A model generated the notes under the pieces. The model did no database searches and was not told the DNA's origin. It worked only from the letters and a program-made list of their open reading frames with translations. Made by a program: the position numbers and the translations under genes. Positions 39,627 to 49,069 of a stretch of DNA of 64,000 nucleotides are shown here, piece after piece; position 1 is the first letter of the stretch; every line of letters begins with the position of its first letter. Location of the stretch: assembly GCA_036557565.1 (NCBI GenBank), contig DATBHJ010000114.1:1174-65173 (forward strand). The letters run 5' to 3'. Source of the stretch: Gemmataceae bacterium. GTDB taxonomy: Bacteria > Planctomycetota > Planctomycetia > Gemmatales > Gemmataceae.

Positions 39627-41465
39627 CTAGCGAGCGACGCCGGGTTTCTGAGCCAGGAGCATAATATTGTCAGAAAGCGCTCGTGGAAAAAGCCAGGAAG
39701 CCCAACCAGGGTAATGCCAGGGAGTCCCAGGCACCCGGCCGCAGCCACTGAAGTCGGTGCGCAAATCGGTCAACCCGCATTCGCGGGCTATCCGCTTGAG
39801 GTCGGTCTCGACCAAGGCGGTGATATGGGCGGGGTAACAACTATCCTGAAAGGCGCTGAATTGGTTCTTCAGGACGAGCGTCAGCTTGCTCAGGAGACTC
39901 AGATTGTTCGGAGTTGTAACCAAGACCCAACCGCCTGGCTTGGTGAGGCGGATGAGCTCGCGGATAAAGGCTCTTGGGTTCTCCAGATGCTCAATCGTCT
40001 CCACGGCGGCGGCCACGTCCGCTGTCCCGTCCGGAAGAGGTATTCGCCCCGAATCCAGATCGACCTTCACAAAGTCCCAAACCTCCGGATAGTTGCCATA
40101 TTTTACGACATCGCACCCCACATAGGAGCTAAACTGCGATTGCACAGCCGGCCACAGTTGTCCTGCGCCGCAGCCGACATCGACAAGTGTTCCCCCCGGC
40201 CGACGGACCAGCCGCAAAACAGAGGACACCATCGTGTATACACTAGCGGTGCTTGTCCCGGCACTTAATCGGGCCCGAACTTCGACGTCCCATGCCGGCG
40301 GGAGGAACATCGCATCAGCTCTCAGAGCTGTCGAATAATGCATTGTGGTCCGCGCTAACATCTGGAATAATTGGTGCAGTTGCTTTTGAGAGTTGCACAA
40401 CTCAATTGCCTTATCCTTGGCGCGAGCCCCCATCGCCTTTCGTCGGGTGGCATCGGTGAGGAATCCTCGCAGGGCTTGGGCAAAGTCCTCGACATTCTCC
40501 GGAGCGACAAGGATCCCTGCCGAAGGATCGATCCATTCAGAGGGTGCGCCCAAGTTCGATGTGACAACCGGCAGACCGCAGTAGCTGGCTTCCAGAAACG
40601 ATAAGCCGAATGACTCCGGCCCCCTGTTCCCCTGGCAATACAAGTCGGATGCTCGCATAAGCTGCGGGACATCGGTTCGCTGGCCAAGAAATTCCACCCG
40701 GTCTTCGATGTCTAACGCAACGGTGAGCCGCTTGAGCTCGTTGAAGTAGGAGAGCTCCTGACTTCGCTGTGCCCCTCCCGCGAGCCAAAACCGCCAGTTC
40801 GGCCGGTCTTTCAAATGCCCCAACGCGCGGAGTACCAGATCCGGTCCCTTCCACCGCTCGATGCGGCTAGCCTGGAGAATCACTACGTCTCCGGCTCTGG
40901 CCCCTAATCGAGTTCGGATTGCCAGGCGATCCTCGGCCGACAATTCCGCTGTGTCAGTGACCTGAGACGGGAGGGGATAATGGAGGACCTCGCCCGATAC
41001 TCCTGGGAAGAAGGATCGTACGCTGTTCAAGCAATAAAGGCTCGGGGCGACGATCAATTGGGGCCGACGCCGGCGGGCCAAGTATTCCGGCCACCCTCCG
41101 CTTTGGGGGCCGTGGAAGTAGGCCACGTAGGGAGTGCCGCTTTTGCGGACTTCGCCGCCGAAGAGCGCTTGGGTCCACGGTTGATGACAGACAACTACAT
41201 CGAAGTGGTCGCGGTGGAGTAGGCGGCGAAGGGCCCTCCTGGCTCGGAAGACGGTCCAAGGCCGACTGAACCGAACCGCTCCAAGTCGATGAACGGCAAC
41301 ACCAGCCTGTCGAAGTTCGTCTTCCAATCGCCCGGGAACACATAGCGCGAATTCCGGCACCATTTCCGGGCAGAGATCTCGACACTGTGCGAGGGTGACC
41401 AAAAAGGTTTCCACTCCTCCGTACAGGTTTCCGGGATTGATGTGCAGGACGCGAAGACTATTCAT
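39627..41465 (-). CDS. bifunctional fusion: GT4 glycosyltransferase (N) + class I SAM methyltransferase (C)
   Basis: N-terminal part: MNSLRVLHINPGNLYGGVETF... and ESFGLSFLEASYCGLPVVTSNLG. C-terminal part: LVDVGCGAGQLW (motif I) and AAAVETIEHLENP. ATG 41465. Confidence 0.85.
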   Translation of the reverse strand: MNSLRVLHINPGNLYGGVETFLVTLAQCRDLCPEMVPEFALCVPGRLEDELRQAGVAVHRLGAVRFSRPWTVFRARRALRRLLHRDHFDVVVCHQPWTQALFGGEVRKSGTPYVAYFHGPQSGGWPEYLARRRRPQLIVAPSLYCLNSVRSFFPGVSGEVLHYPLPSQVTDTAELSAEDRLAIRTRLGARAGDVVILQASRIERWKGPDLVLRALGHLKDRPNWRFWLAGGAQRSQELSYFNELKRLTVALDIEDRVEFLGQRTDVPQLMRASDLYCQGNRGPESFGLSFLEASYCGLPVVTSNLGAPSEWIDPSAGILVAPENVEDFAQALRGFLTDATRRKAMGARAKDKAIELCNSQKQLHQLFQMLARTTMHYSTALRADAMFLPPAWDVEVRARLSAGTSTASVYTMVSSVLRLVRRPGGTLVDVGCGAGQLWPAVQSQFSSYVGCDVVKYGNYPEVWDFVKVDLDSGRIPLPDGTADVAAAVETIEHLENPRAFIRELIRLTKPGGWVLVTTPNNLSLLSKLTLVLKNQFSAFQDSCYPAHITALVETDLKRIARECGLTDLRTDFSGCGRVPGTPWHYPGWASWLFPRALSDNIMLLAQKPGVAR

Positions 41466-41508
41466 GATTGTTATGAAATCCCCGACGGTTGTCTCAGCCA
41501 AATCGCCG

Positions 41509-42432
41509 CTAGGCCAAGCATTGCCAGCCGCCACATTTCATTCGGCTAATGGCGCGAGCAGCATCCAAAGTGGCGATGAAACTTTGTGGCATCCATGTTG
41601 ACCTTGCTATTGGTATCGATCCTTTCAGAAGTTCCGGCCTGAAGAATCCTTTTTTTATCTGAAATATGCTGTATCCGTTTTTCTCAAACAGTTTCGTCAC
41701 CTCTGACGGGTAAGCAGAATGATGTTCGAACACCCAATCGCGGATTCGGCGATCCTGAAGGACTTGCCGACTACCTCGCAACACCTTCTCTTCGTGCCCT
41801 TCTACATCCATTTTGGCAACCCCAACAGTGCTTAAACCATCCAAACAGCGGTCTAATGTAGAGCTTGGTACAGAAATAAAAGAAGCGGTCGAAAGGTCAC
41901 AGGCGCTTTCTTCTACGACGCGACCTGTCCCTCGATTGTGGGATTCCTCTAGAGGCAATTGAAACTGCACCGATCCTTCGCAATCGGATAGCGCTAAGCC
42001 GAAAACCTGGATGACGGCCCCTCCAACCACCTCTCTCCAATTGGCAACGTTGTTTTGAAGTTCTATCTCAATTCTCGGGTTAGCCTCAAAACATAATACT
42101 CGACCCCTGCTCCCTACTCGCTTGGCAAGGAGAGCTGTCATATAACCGATATTTGCCCCCAGATCGAGAGTCGTTTCCCCCTCGTCACATAACCTCCACA
42201 GGACTTCAGAAACAGCCAAATCATACACGCCCAGGTGTAGCAGTGCCTTACCTAGATCCTCCGATGGGTCGACCTGAATTGACCACCCCCAGGGCAATTG
42301 AGCGACCAATCGTTCAGCCCGAATTTTAAACAACGACCGCTGAAGGCGACGAACGATCTGCGTTGGCCGCAATAAGTATTCGGGTTTGAATATAGCAGAA
42401 AGGCCTATGCCGATTGAATGTTTCCGCAACAT
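41509..42432 (-). CDS. FkbM-family methyltransferase
   Basis: LDLGANIGYMTALLAKRVGSRGRVLCFEANPR and VAKMDVEGHEEKVLRGS. ATG 42432; the track start is a TTG at 42447. Confidence 0.88.
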   Translation of the reverse strand: MLRKHSIGIGLSAIFKPEYLLRPTQIVRRLQRSLFKIRAERLVAQLPWGWSIQVDPSEDLGKALLHLGVYDLAVSEVLWRLCDEGETTLDLGANIGYMTALLAKRVGSRGRVLCFEANPRIEIELQNNVANWREVVGGAVIQVFGLALSDCEGSVQFQLPLEESHNRGTGRVVEESACDLSTASFISVPSSTLDRCLDGLSTVGVAKMDVEGHEEKVLRGSRQVLQDRRIRDWVFEHHSAYPSEVTKLFEKNGYSIFQIKKGFFRPELLKGSIPIARSTWMPQSFIATLDAARAISRMKCGGWQCLA

Positions 42433-42506
42433 TATGTCATTTCTCAAGAGCTAACCTGAAATGTACCGCTCTGCGGTCTCGAAAAACGTGGGCGGCACCT
42501 TTTCTA

Positions 42507-43355
42507 TCACTTTGCTATAGACCTGCAGCCTGTGCCACACCAAGGGCCACTACCGGAAGCCTCTGCCCGACGAAAATGGGCCACGCCAACATCGGGGCCG
42601 ATCACACGATCATGCGAGAGCAACAATCCCGCAGACTGAAGATGATTGAAGAGTTGTCGCTTAGGTTGATTCGGATGGTATTCCATTCCCAACTCCTTGA
42701 TCGGAAAGAAGGAACGCGGCGATGACGCTTTCAAGGCTTCATGCTCCCCTCCTTCGATATCTACTTTGACGAAGTCGATCGTTTCCGATTGAAAATGACT
42801 GCAGGCATTTTGGATAAGTTCCTCAAATGTAACGACATGCACCTTGGCATGTCCCTCCCCGTCGCACGGGGAGGCGGCTGGCAAAATACCGCGATATTGA
42901 GAAGGAACTGCGCCGGACATTACTCGAATGCCCGGACACTCGGCAATTCCGACGTTCCAACAGTCTACACGACACGCCACCCTATTTCTCGCTACATTCG
43001 AATGAAGTTGGGCGAACGTCGTCGGAAATGGCTCGACTGCAATGATCCGCGCATCGTGGTTTCGAAACGCGGCATATAAGCTGAAGAAGCCGACATTTGC
43101 GCCGATGTCAACTACGGTTTCTGCGCATGACGACATCTTATATTCTTTGCGAAAATTAACGACCCAAGCGGTGACGAGATCATGAAAGTTCTCGGCTGTA
43201 ATCTGAATCCCATTCCTAAGATGGATGTCAAATGGATATCCAGAATGGTGAGGCGATAAATAGCGATGTAACACGGACCATGGTCGTCGACTCTGCCTGA
43301 AGCATCGCCAAACTTCAGGAAGTCGATTCAAGTGATTTAGTTGAATCTTCCTCAT
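42507..43355 (-). CDS. FkbM-family methyltransferase
   Basis: VVDIGANVGFFSLYAAFRNHDARIIAVEPFPTT and FVKVDIEGGEHEAL. ATG 43355 lies inside the 3' end of the upstream GT4 ORF (41-nt overlap). Confidence 0.88.
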   Translation of the reverse strand: MRKIQLNHLNRLPEVWRCFRQSRRPWSVLHRYLSPHHSGYPFDIHLRNGIQITAENFHDLVTAWVVNFRKEYKMSSCAETVVDIGANVGFFSLYAAFRNHDARIIAVEPFPTTFAQLHSNVARNRVACRVDCWNVGIAECPGIRVMSGAVPSQYRGILPAASPCDGEGHAKVHVVTFEELIQNACSHFQSETIDFVKVDIEGGEHEALKASSPRSFFPIKELGMEYHPNQPKRQLFNHLQSAGLLLSHDRVIGPDVGVAHFRRAEASGSGPWCGTGCRSIAK

Positions 43356-44601
43356 GAGATCTCCCTCCGCCGTCAGTACACAGAAATGAGCGGGCGGGAG
43401 CGATCCCTTGTGATCGACGCCGCCTAAGAGTAGAGTAATAAATCTTCAGACTCCGATCACCCATCAGCCGATGGTCAAAGCGAGCCATGGCCTGCTCGCG
43501 CGCTGCGGATGCCAAATGATCGCGAAGCCCACCCTCTTCCAACAATCGCCGGGAAGCCCCCGCCAGTGCAATTGCGTCGTTCACGGGCACGGTCAACCCT
43601 GTTTCTCCGTGCTTACTGACCCACGATACTCCGCTATGGGGGATCGCCGTGTTGATTACGGGACAGCCGCTCGCCATCGCTTCCACCTGCACGAAGCCGT
43701 ACCCCTCACTTCGCTCGTTGCTGGGGAACCACAAGGCGGTGGCGGCATGATAGGAGCCGATCAGCTCCTCTTCACTGACCCGCCCACACCAGACGATGCG
43801 CTGCCCGACGCCGACCTCTTCCGCTAACTGCCTCAGCTTGCTCTCCAGGGGGCCGTCCCCCACGATCAATAGCTTACCGGGAACCAAAGCCAAGGCACGG
43901 ATCGCATTGTGCAAGCCCTTGTAATAGACCAAGCGTCCTACAGCTAACCAGAGAGGCCGTCCATGCTCCTCCTGCAACCGCTGGGCATGTTTCTGTGTGG
44001 CCAGCGTTGGCCGTAGGTATGCACCCATTGGAATACCCATCGGCAGCACAACAAGCTTGCCACGGTAACGCTGGAGCACCGTCGACCCGCCGGGATATGT
44101 TGGGGAATTCGAGATCAAAATGGCGGCTCGGCGAAAGACTAAATGCTCAAAGGGCCGCTGGGCCATACCTAACAATCTCTGCTTGATTACATCGCTGTGG
44201 TAGGTGACCACCAAGGGTGTCCGAGGCTGGAGCGCCGCCAGAGCCAGCAACATGGTCGGGTTAGGTACGTGCAAGTGCAGTACATCCGTTGCCGAAGGCC
44301 TCAGTCCCGCCAGCACGCGCGGCAGGCCAGGACATACGTCGAGCCGAGCGAGGGACGCCCGCCGCCCCACTCGCGTCACCTTCACAGAGCCGTCCCACTC
44401 CTCCACCGTCTCCGTAGCAGCGAAACGCTCCCAGGTCACGTCCCGCCCCTTCCGATCGAGGTGATTAACGCAGACGACGCGCACCTCCGCACCCAAGGCA
44501 GCCTGGGCCTGAGCGAGGATGCGGACGTGCGTTTCTATCCCACCCGTGGCCGGCGAGTAGAACTTTCCCAAGTGACAGATCCGCAACGAGCTATTCCCCA
44601 A
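43315..44601 (-). CDS. glycosyltransferase family 4
   Basis: LRICHLGKFYSPATGGIETH... and SEGYGFVQVEAMASGCPVINTAIPHSG. There is no ATG near the 5' end, so the probable start is TTG at 44586 or 44601. Confidence 0.85.
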   Translation of the reverse strand: MGNSSLRICHLGKFYSPATGGIETHVRILAQAQAALGAEVRVVCVNHLDRKGRDVTWERFAATETVEEWDGSVKVTRVGRRASLARLDVCPGLPRVLAGLRPSATDVLHLHVPNPTMLLALAALQPRTPLVVTYHSDVIKQRLLGMAQRPFEHLVFRRAAILISNSPTYPGGSTVLQRYRGKLVVLPMGIPMGAYLRPTLATQKHAQRLQEEHGRPLWLAVGRLVYYKGLHNAIRALALVPGKLLIVGDGPLESKLRQLAEEVGVGQRIVWCGRVSEEELIGSYHAATALWFPSNERSEGYGFVQVEAMASGCPVINTAIPHSGVSWVSKHGETGLTVPVNDAIALAGASRRLLEEGGLRDHLASAAREQAMARFDHRLMGDRSLKIYYSTLRRRRSQGIAPARSFLCTDGGGRSHEEDSTKSLESTS

Positions 44602-44637
44602 GTACCCTTGCTCCTCTCCGTTCGATCATGCGAAGAA

Positions 44638-45429
44638 TCAAATCCTCCCCGCGAACCAATACCAGGCCAAGCCGATCCATTCGTGGCTGGCCGACTCACA
44701 CCCATTGATCCCTTCTATCATGGGGACGAATTGGTATCCGGACAGCTGGAATTCTGTCGCCAAATAACGACAGCCAGACGGGAACACCTCGAACCCTTGT
44801 TTGCGGAAGCAACGCACCGCGCGAGGCAGATGGATCGCTTCGGTCACCAGTGCAATTCGGGTCACCCCTCGGTTTTCCAGAATCTTCCGGCTCTCAACTG
44901 CGTTTTCATAAGTGGTCCGCGAGTTGTTCTCCACGATCAGATCGGAGGAGTGTACACCTTGCTGGACTAGTAGCTGCGCCATCAAATCGGCGCACGCCAG
45001 ACCAGGAGTATCCGCTTCCGGCTTGCCACCAGTCACTAAGAGCAAACATGGACCGGCCTGACGATAGAGCCGGGCTGCATGAAGAGATCGGTAGAGGGCA
45101 TTCGCATCAAGTTCCGCCCGGTCGCGTACTTGATCGGGGGGAAGTGTGCCGCTGCCAAGGACAACAATGGCCTGGACATCCTTGGGCCGCTCAACCTGAT
45201 GGGCATACTGCCACTCCAGCGAACCCACAGCCAAATAACTCACTGCCGGGGTGGACAGAACGACCAACAAAAGAAGCGGCATCACCAGCAAAAGCAAGCT
45301 GAGCCGCTGCTCTGGCCGCTTTCGCCAGATACAAACGATTGTCGCCCCAAGGAGCACCAAGCAAAAGACATAAGGATGCAAGAAGTAGGAGATCAGTTTG
45401 TACAATGGTTCGGCAACAATTGAGTCCAA
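44638..45429 (-). CDS. DUF218 / YdcF-ElyC-SanA family protein
   Basis: Two N-terminal TM segments, then AIVVLGSG, LLLVTGG, ENNSRTTYENAV and IALVTEAIHLPRAVRCF. TTG start. Confidence 0.85.
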   Translation of the reverse strand: MDSIVAEPLYKLISYFLHPYVFCLVLLGATIVCIWRKRPEQRLSLLLLVMPLLLLVVLSTPAVSYLAVGSLEWQYAHQVERPKDVQAIVVLGSGTLPPDQVRDRAELDANALYRSLHAARLYRQAGPCLLLVTGGKPEADTPGLACADLMAQLLVQQGVHSSDLIVENNSRTTYENAVESRKILENRGVTRIALVTEAIHLPRAVRCFRKQGFEVFPSGCRYLATEFQLSGYQFVPMIEGINGCESASHEWIGLAWYWFAGRI

Positions 45430-45592
45430 GTGGACGCGACCAAGTCAAAAAGCGAACTCCTGGCGCACTCCGTGCCCGTGGGTTGCAGTAACAACCCTCG
45501 CCCGCGAAGGGCAGACAACCGCCACAGCGAATCCCCCTGCTTGTGCGGGGAATATCGACTGCTCTCATCACATATAGGAGAGGGTTTGGCGG

Positions 45593-46180
45593 TCAGGCGC
45601 TCCGGGCATTAACCTGCCGGGCGTCAAGAGGCTGCAACATCCAGCCCTCGATTTCCACAGAGGCTCCACGCTGGATGAAGTCAACCTCGATAACAAATCG
45701 CATGTTTTTATCGCGTCGGATTACTTTTCCGTGGAGGCCGGCAAGGGGGCCCGCGGTTAGCACGACTGTCATACCCGATTGAAGACGATCCTCGGGCGCT
45801 ACAGGGGCGCCACACTCCATTAGCTGGTAGATTCTCTTCAAATCCGTTCTCAGCCGTTCTCCCTCGGAGACCGACAGCACGCGAATGATTTGGTTTGTTC
45901 GCAGAGCTTCCAGACGCGCGTTTTCATCGCCGCGCAGAAAGACATAGCTAGGAAACAGGGGGACATAGGATGCCAACGAACGCCCACGGATTTGTAACCG
46001 TTTTTGATACAGGGGGAGAAAGAAATCTATCCGGAGCGCTAGAAGTTTACGAGCCAATGCCTTCTCTGCTCGAGGACGAGTATGCAGGACCCACCACGAC
46101 TCTGTTGCTTCTGGGTCTTGACAAGACGCTGTCAAGAGGTCGGCTGGTTGCACGAATGGTTCCAGTGGTAGAAGTGGCAT
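45593..46180 (-). CDS. specialised NusG paralog (NGN + KOW; UpxY/RfaH/LoaP-like operon-specific antiterminator candidate)
   Basis: NGN domain: WWVLHTRPRAEKALARKLLALRIDFFLPLY...VPLFPSYVFLRGD. KOW motif: GMTVVLTAGPLAGLHGKVI. It is the first gene of the 30-kb minus-strand operon. ATG 46180. Confidence 0.85.
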   Translation of the reverse strand: MPLLPLEPFVQPADLLTASCQDPEATESWWVLHTRPRAEKALARKLLALRIDFFLPLYQKRLQIRGRSLASYVPLFPSYVFLRGDENARLEALRTNQIIRVLSVSEGERLRTDLKRIYQLMECGAPVAPEDRLQSGMTVVLTAGPLAGLHGKVIRRDKNMRFVIEVDFIQRGASVEIEGWMLQPLDARQVNARSA

Positions 46181-46294
46181 CGACAAAACCTTGGATTGAT
46201 CGCCTTCGATCCACCCGTCATCCTTCCTTAATTACCAACCTTCCCTTCCTTCATCCTGAAGGGGAAAACATCAATAAAAGCACCCTTATTCGCC

Positions 46295-46322
46295 TCTATA
46301 CGGCGAATTCCATTGTGTTCAA
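46295..46322 (-). promoter_or_regulatory. candidate sigma70-type promoter for the NusG-paralog operon
   Basis: The minus strand reads TTTTTTT-TTGAAC-16 nt-TATAGA, about 115 nt upstream of ATG 46180. Planctomycete promoter rules are poorly known, so this is tentative. Confidence 0.3.
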
Positions 46323-46511
46323 AAAAACTTCGATACGGTCGTAATTGTAGCGCGCCAATTTCACATCGTCAACCTTTTCCTCCAGTATTTCATCTTGTTC
46401 TCTTTTTATCTGGTTCTCATATTTATTCCGCCAGGATACAAGCGCTTTTCTCTTCACCTCAGAGCTACCTAGAAACGGGCCAGGCTCGAACGAGCGACTT
46501 GCCAAGCCCAC
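46296..46511 (-). CDS. hypothetical small charged protein in the AT-rich leader region (weak)
   Basis: 71-aa ORF with GTG start; a shorter form begins VKRKALVSWRNKYENQIKREQDEILEEKVDDVKLARYNYDRIEVF. No homology recognised. Its composition differs from neighbouring genes. Confidence 0.25.
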   Translation of the reverse strand: MGLASRSFEPGPFLGSSEVKRKALVSWRNKYENQIKREQDEILEEKVDDVKLARYNYDRIEVFLNTMEFAV

Positions 46512-46681
46512 ATATCGAGGTAATCAAAACTATTCAATAAGCATTTCCTGTGCCAAGCCGTAGCTAGGGCCCAGCGCACGCTCTAAATCATACCCAAATA
46601 TGGCTTTGTGGATAGCGAGACGGCAAATGCACCGTCGAAAATGTTTACAAAAAGTTACATCGCTCCTTGCAGGCTTACGAT

Positions 46682-46705
46682 GAGCGTTAACAAAAGTTAA
46701 CGCTC
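46682..46705. promoter_or_regulatory. perfect 10-bp inverted repeat GAGCGTTAAC-AAAA-GTTAACGCTC (operator-like)
   Basis: Read directly from the sequence. A related half-degenerate copy, GTTTAC-AAAAA-GTTAC, lies at 46643-46658. Confidence 0.5.
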
Positions 46706-48218
46706 GCACGTCTGCCGGGAGTGAGCATACACGCTAGTTGAAGGTTGGAGGACGTCAAGACGTCTCTTTTAGCCGCAGCGGGGCAGGGCAGGTGCTGAGG
46801 GCAGCCTGACCAAGAGGAGGTAATCTACTGTCGGAGGTCATAAGGAATTAGCAAATCAGAACTCTTGCGATTAGAATAACAATCAGACTCCGACTCGATA
46901 TCTTCGGTGCCACTGACAACATGACTGGTCCAAGAACCGATGGCAGATAAGACTGAGGGCGATGTTAAGAAAAGCATATTGCATGTCCCGAGTGATCTCG
47001 GTTGCCGAGCAGAGATTGCGAAAGCCGTGCCCGCACGATAAGGTGCGCTCGACGACACAGCGATACGCTCCTAGGCATACAAGTTGCGGCACCTCCTCGT
47101 CAGGAGGTGTACCGGCACTATCGGCGTCATCCGTTTTTCTGAGGACACAGGCGTCGTCACCGACCGCGACCAACCCGCAGCCATCGTCGCTATTTCCAAT
47201 CTCAAGCGACTTGCCGGATGGACAACTTACTGCAGAGAGTCGAGAGCGCTTATCGCCCACCTCAGAGCCTCGTATCTTGCACCTGCCTGATGACGCCGAG
47301 ATCCTAACGTCGTTGTCATTCTACCTCATCCGCCAACATTCTGCTACACCCGTTGTCTTAATTCATCGCAAATTCGCCTCATTATAGCGTGAGGCGAGCT
47401 TACCTTTCTTCTTTCGTGTAGTCCATCCTCACACGCTGCCCGTGCTGGGGACGGCCTACTTTGTCGCTTGGTACCCAGCTTGCAAGCCTGGGCGGTACGG
47501 TTTTCCCTAAACCGGACCGCCCGGGGGCAGGGGCGGTCCCATGATAGGAGATCACTCCCATGCTGACACAATGATCCTCCTCCGCTGCCGCTCACCTGCA
47601 GGCCTTCTTTCTCGTCATCGTCCTCCCAAGGATGCTGTCCCTTGGCCAAGTGTTCTTTCGCGGTATCCAGCGTCCACACCGCTAGGAAGACCGCCATCCA
47701 AGAAATGATTGGACTGGCTTGTTTTGGCACCTGAAACTGGCAGAAAGGGGCAAAGATACCACCCGCTTCCCGACCGCTCTCGCTTCCTCTGCCGCCCACG
47801 CTGAGCCAACGGTGCGCCACTTTTGTGGCCAGAAAAGAGCCAACGAAGTCCCGTCACCCGTGGCGCAGCAACAGCATCACTTCGCCCTCCGTGAACTTCC
47901 GGTTTTCGAGCCACTAGCCGTTCCGCCGGTAAGTGAGGTCCGACACGACAAGACTCAGTCGCCACCGGATGAAATCGTCTGCCTCAACCTGGATTTCGCC
48001 AGCAAGCGAGCCAGTTGAAGTAAGCATGATCGAGACATCGTCGAGGAGCTCATGCTTGGCGCGAGCGCGATCGACGTTGCCGATAATTACCAAGTCAGCC
48101 TCGTACCCATCTTGCAAAAGAGAAGAGTTTCACCAGTATCGGCAGGCCCTCTGCGGAACCCTGCCCTTGGCCCCGGCCTCTACCTCTACCATCAGCATTA
48201 TTTGAGCGAAGAGGAACC

Positions 48219-48413
48219 ATGAGCGCGTACTTGTTGTTCGAAGAATTCCACCTGACCGTTCTCGTCTCTGCGGACCTGGAAGAATCCGCGTGTGAAGCAA
48301 TCCACCGGATCCTCGTGAGTCGACCCTTTCACACCGCACTGGACTCCGCCGTCCGCCAAGTCGTCCGCCAATACTCCGATCTCGACCCGATCCGGGTCCG
48401 CATCTCCCACTAA
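48219..48413 (+). CDS. hypothetical 64-aa protein, first ORF of the cassette
   Basis: ATG preceded by a GAAGAGGA SD. Acidic, helical-looking sequence with no family recognised. Confidence 0.45.
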   Translation: MSAYLLFEEFHLTVLVSADLEESACEAIHRILVSRPFHTALDSAVRQVVRQYSDLDPIRVRISH

Positions 48414-48533
48414 CCGACTCAAAACAATTCTGCTTGCAGCGACAATCCAGAGTTGCCCTCAGCTGGTGCACCGGAATGTTGCCGCAGCGCCGGCCTCTTT
48501 TCACTTAACCCAAGCACAGGAGGAACTGTCCGG

Positions 48534-48896
48534 ATGTCACACATCGTCACGCTGCAAACGAAGGTGCACGATCACGCCGCCGTGGTTGCCGCTTGCCAGC
48601 GACTCAACCTCACTCCGCCGCAGCAAGGTACCGCTCGGCTCTACAGTGGGGAGGCTGAGGGGCTCATGGTGCAGCTGCCCGGCTGGCAATACCCCATCGT
48701 CATCGATACCCTCAGCGGCATCGTCCGCTACGACAACTTCGAGGGACGATGGGGCGAGCCACAACACCTCGATCGTTTCTTGCAACTCTATGCCGTCGAA
48801 CGAGCGAAACTGGAAGCGCGCAAGAAGGGTTACACCGTCAGCGAGCAAGCCCTCCAGGATGGAAGCATCCGAGTGCAAATCACCCAAGGCTTTTGA
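48534..48896 (+). CDS. DUF1257 / Ycf35-like protein
   Basis: ATG 48534 follows an AGGAGG SD. MSHIVTLQTKVHDHAAVVAACQRLNL...WQYPIVID...FLQLYAVERAKLEARKKGYTVSEQALQDGSIRVQI matches my recollection of the DUF1257 pattern (MSH..T..T start, ~120 aa). Confidence 0.75.
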   Translation: MSHIVTLQTKVHDHAAVVAACQRLNLTPPQQGTARLYSGEAEGLMVQLPGWQYPIVIDTLSGIVRYDNFEGRWGEPQHLDRFLQLYAVERAKLEARKKGYTVSEQALQDGSIRVQITQGF

Positions 48897-49069
48897 CTCG
48901 ACCATCTCTCCCTCTTGACAAAAACTCCTCTGGAGCGCCCGAGCCTGCACGGCACGCCAGTGAAGCATTGCCCTTTCTTCTGTGGATCTCGAACAAGAAC
49001 ACCGACAGCGGCGTGCCGGCCGAAGAGCCAGCACTAATCCTCTTTCTCAGTCCGTCACAAGGAACCTTC

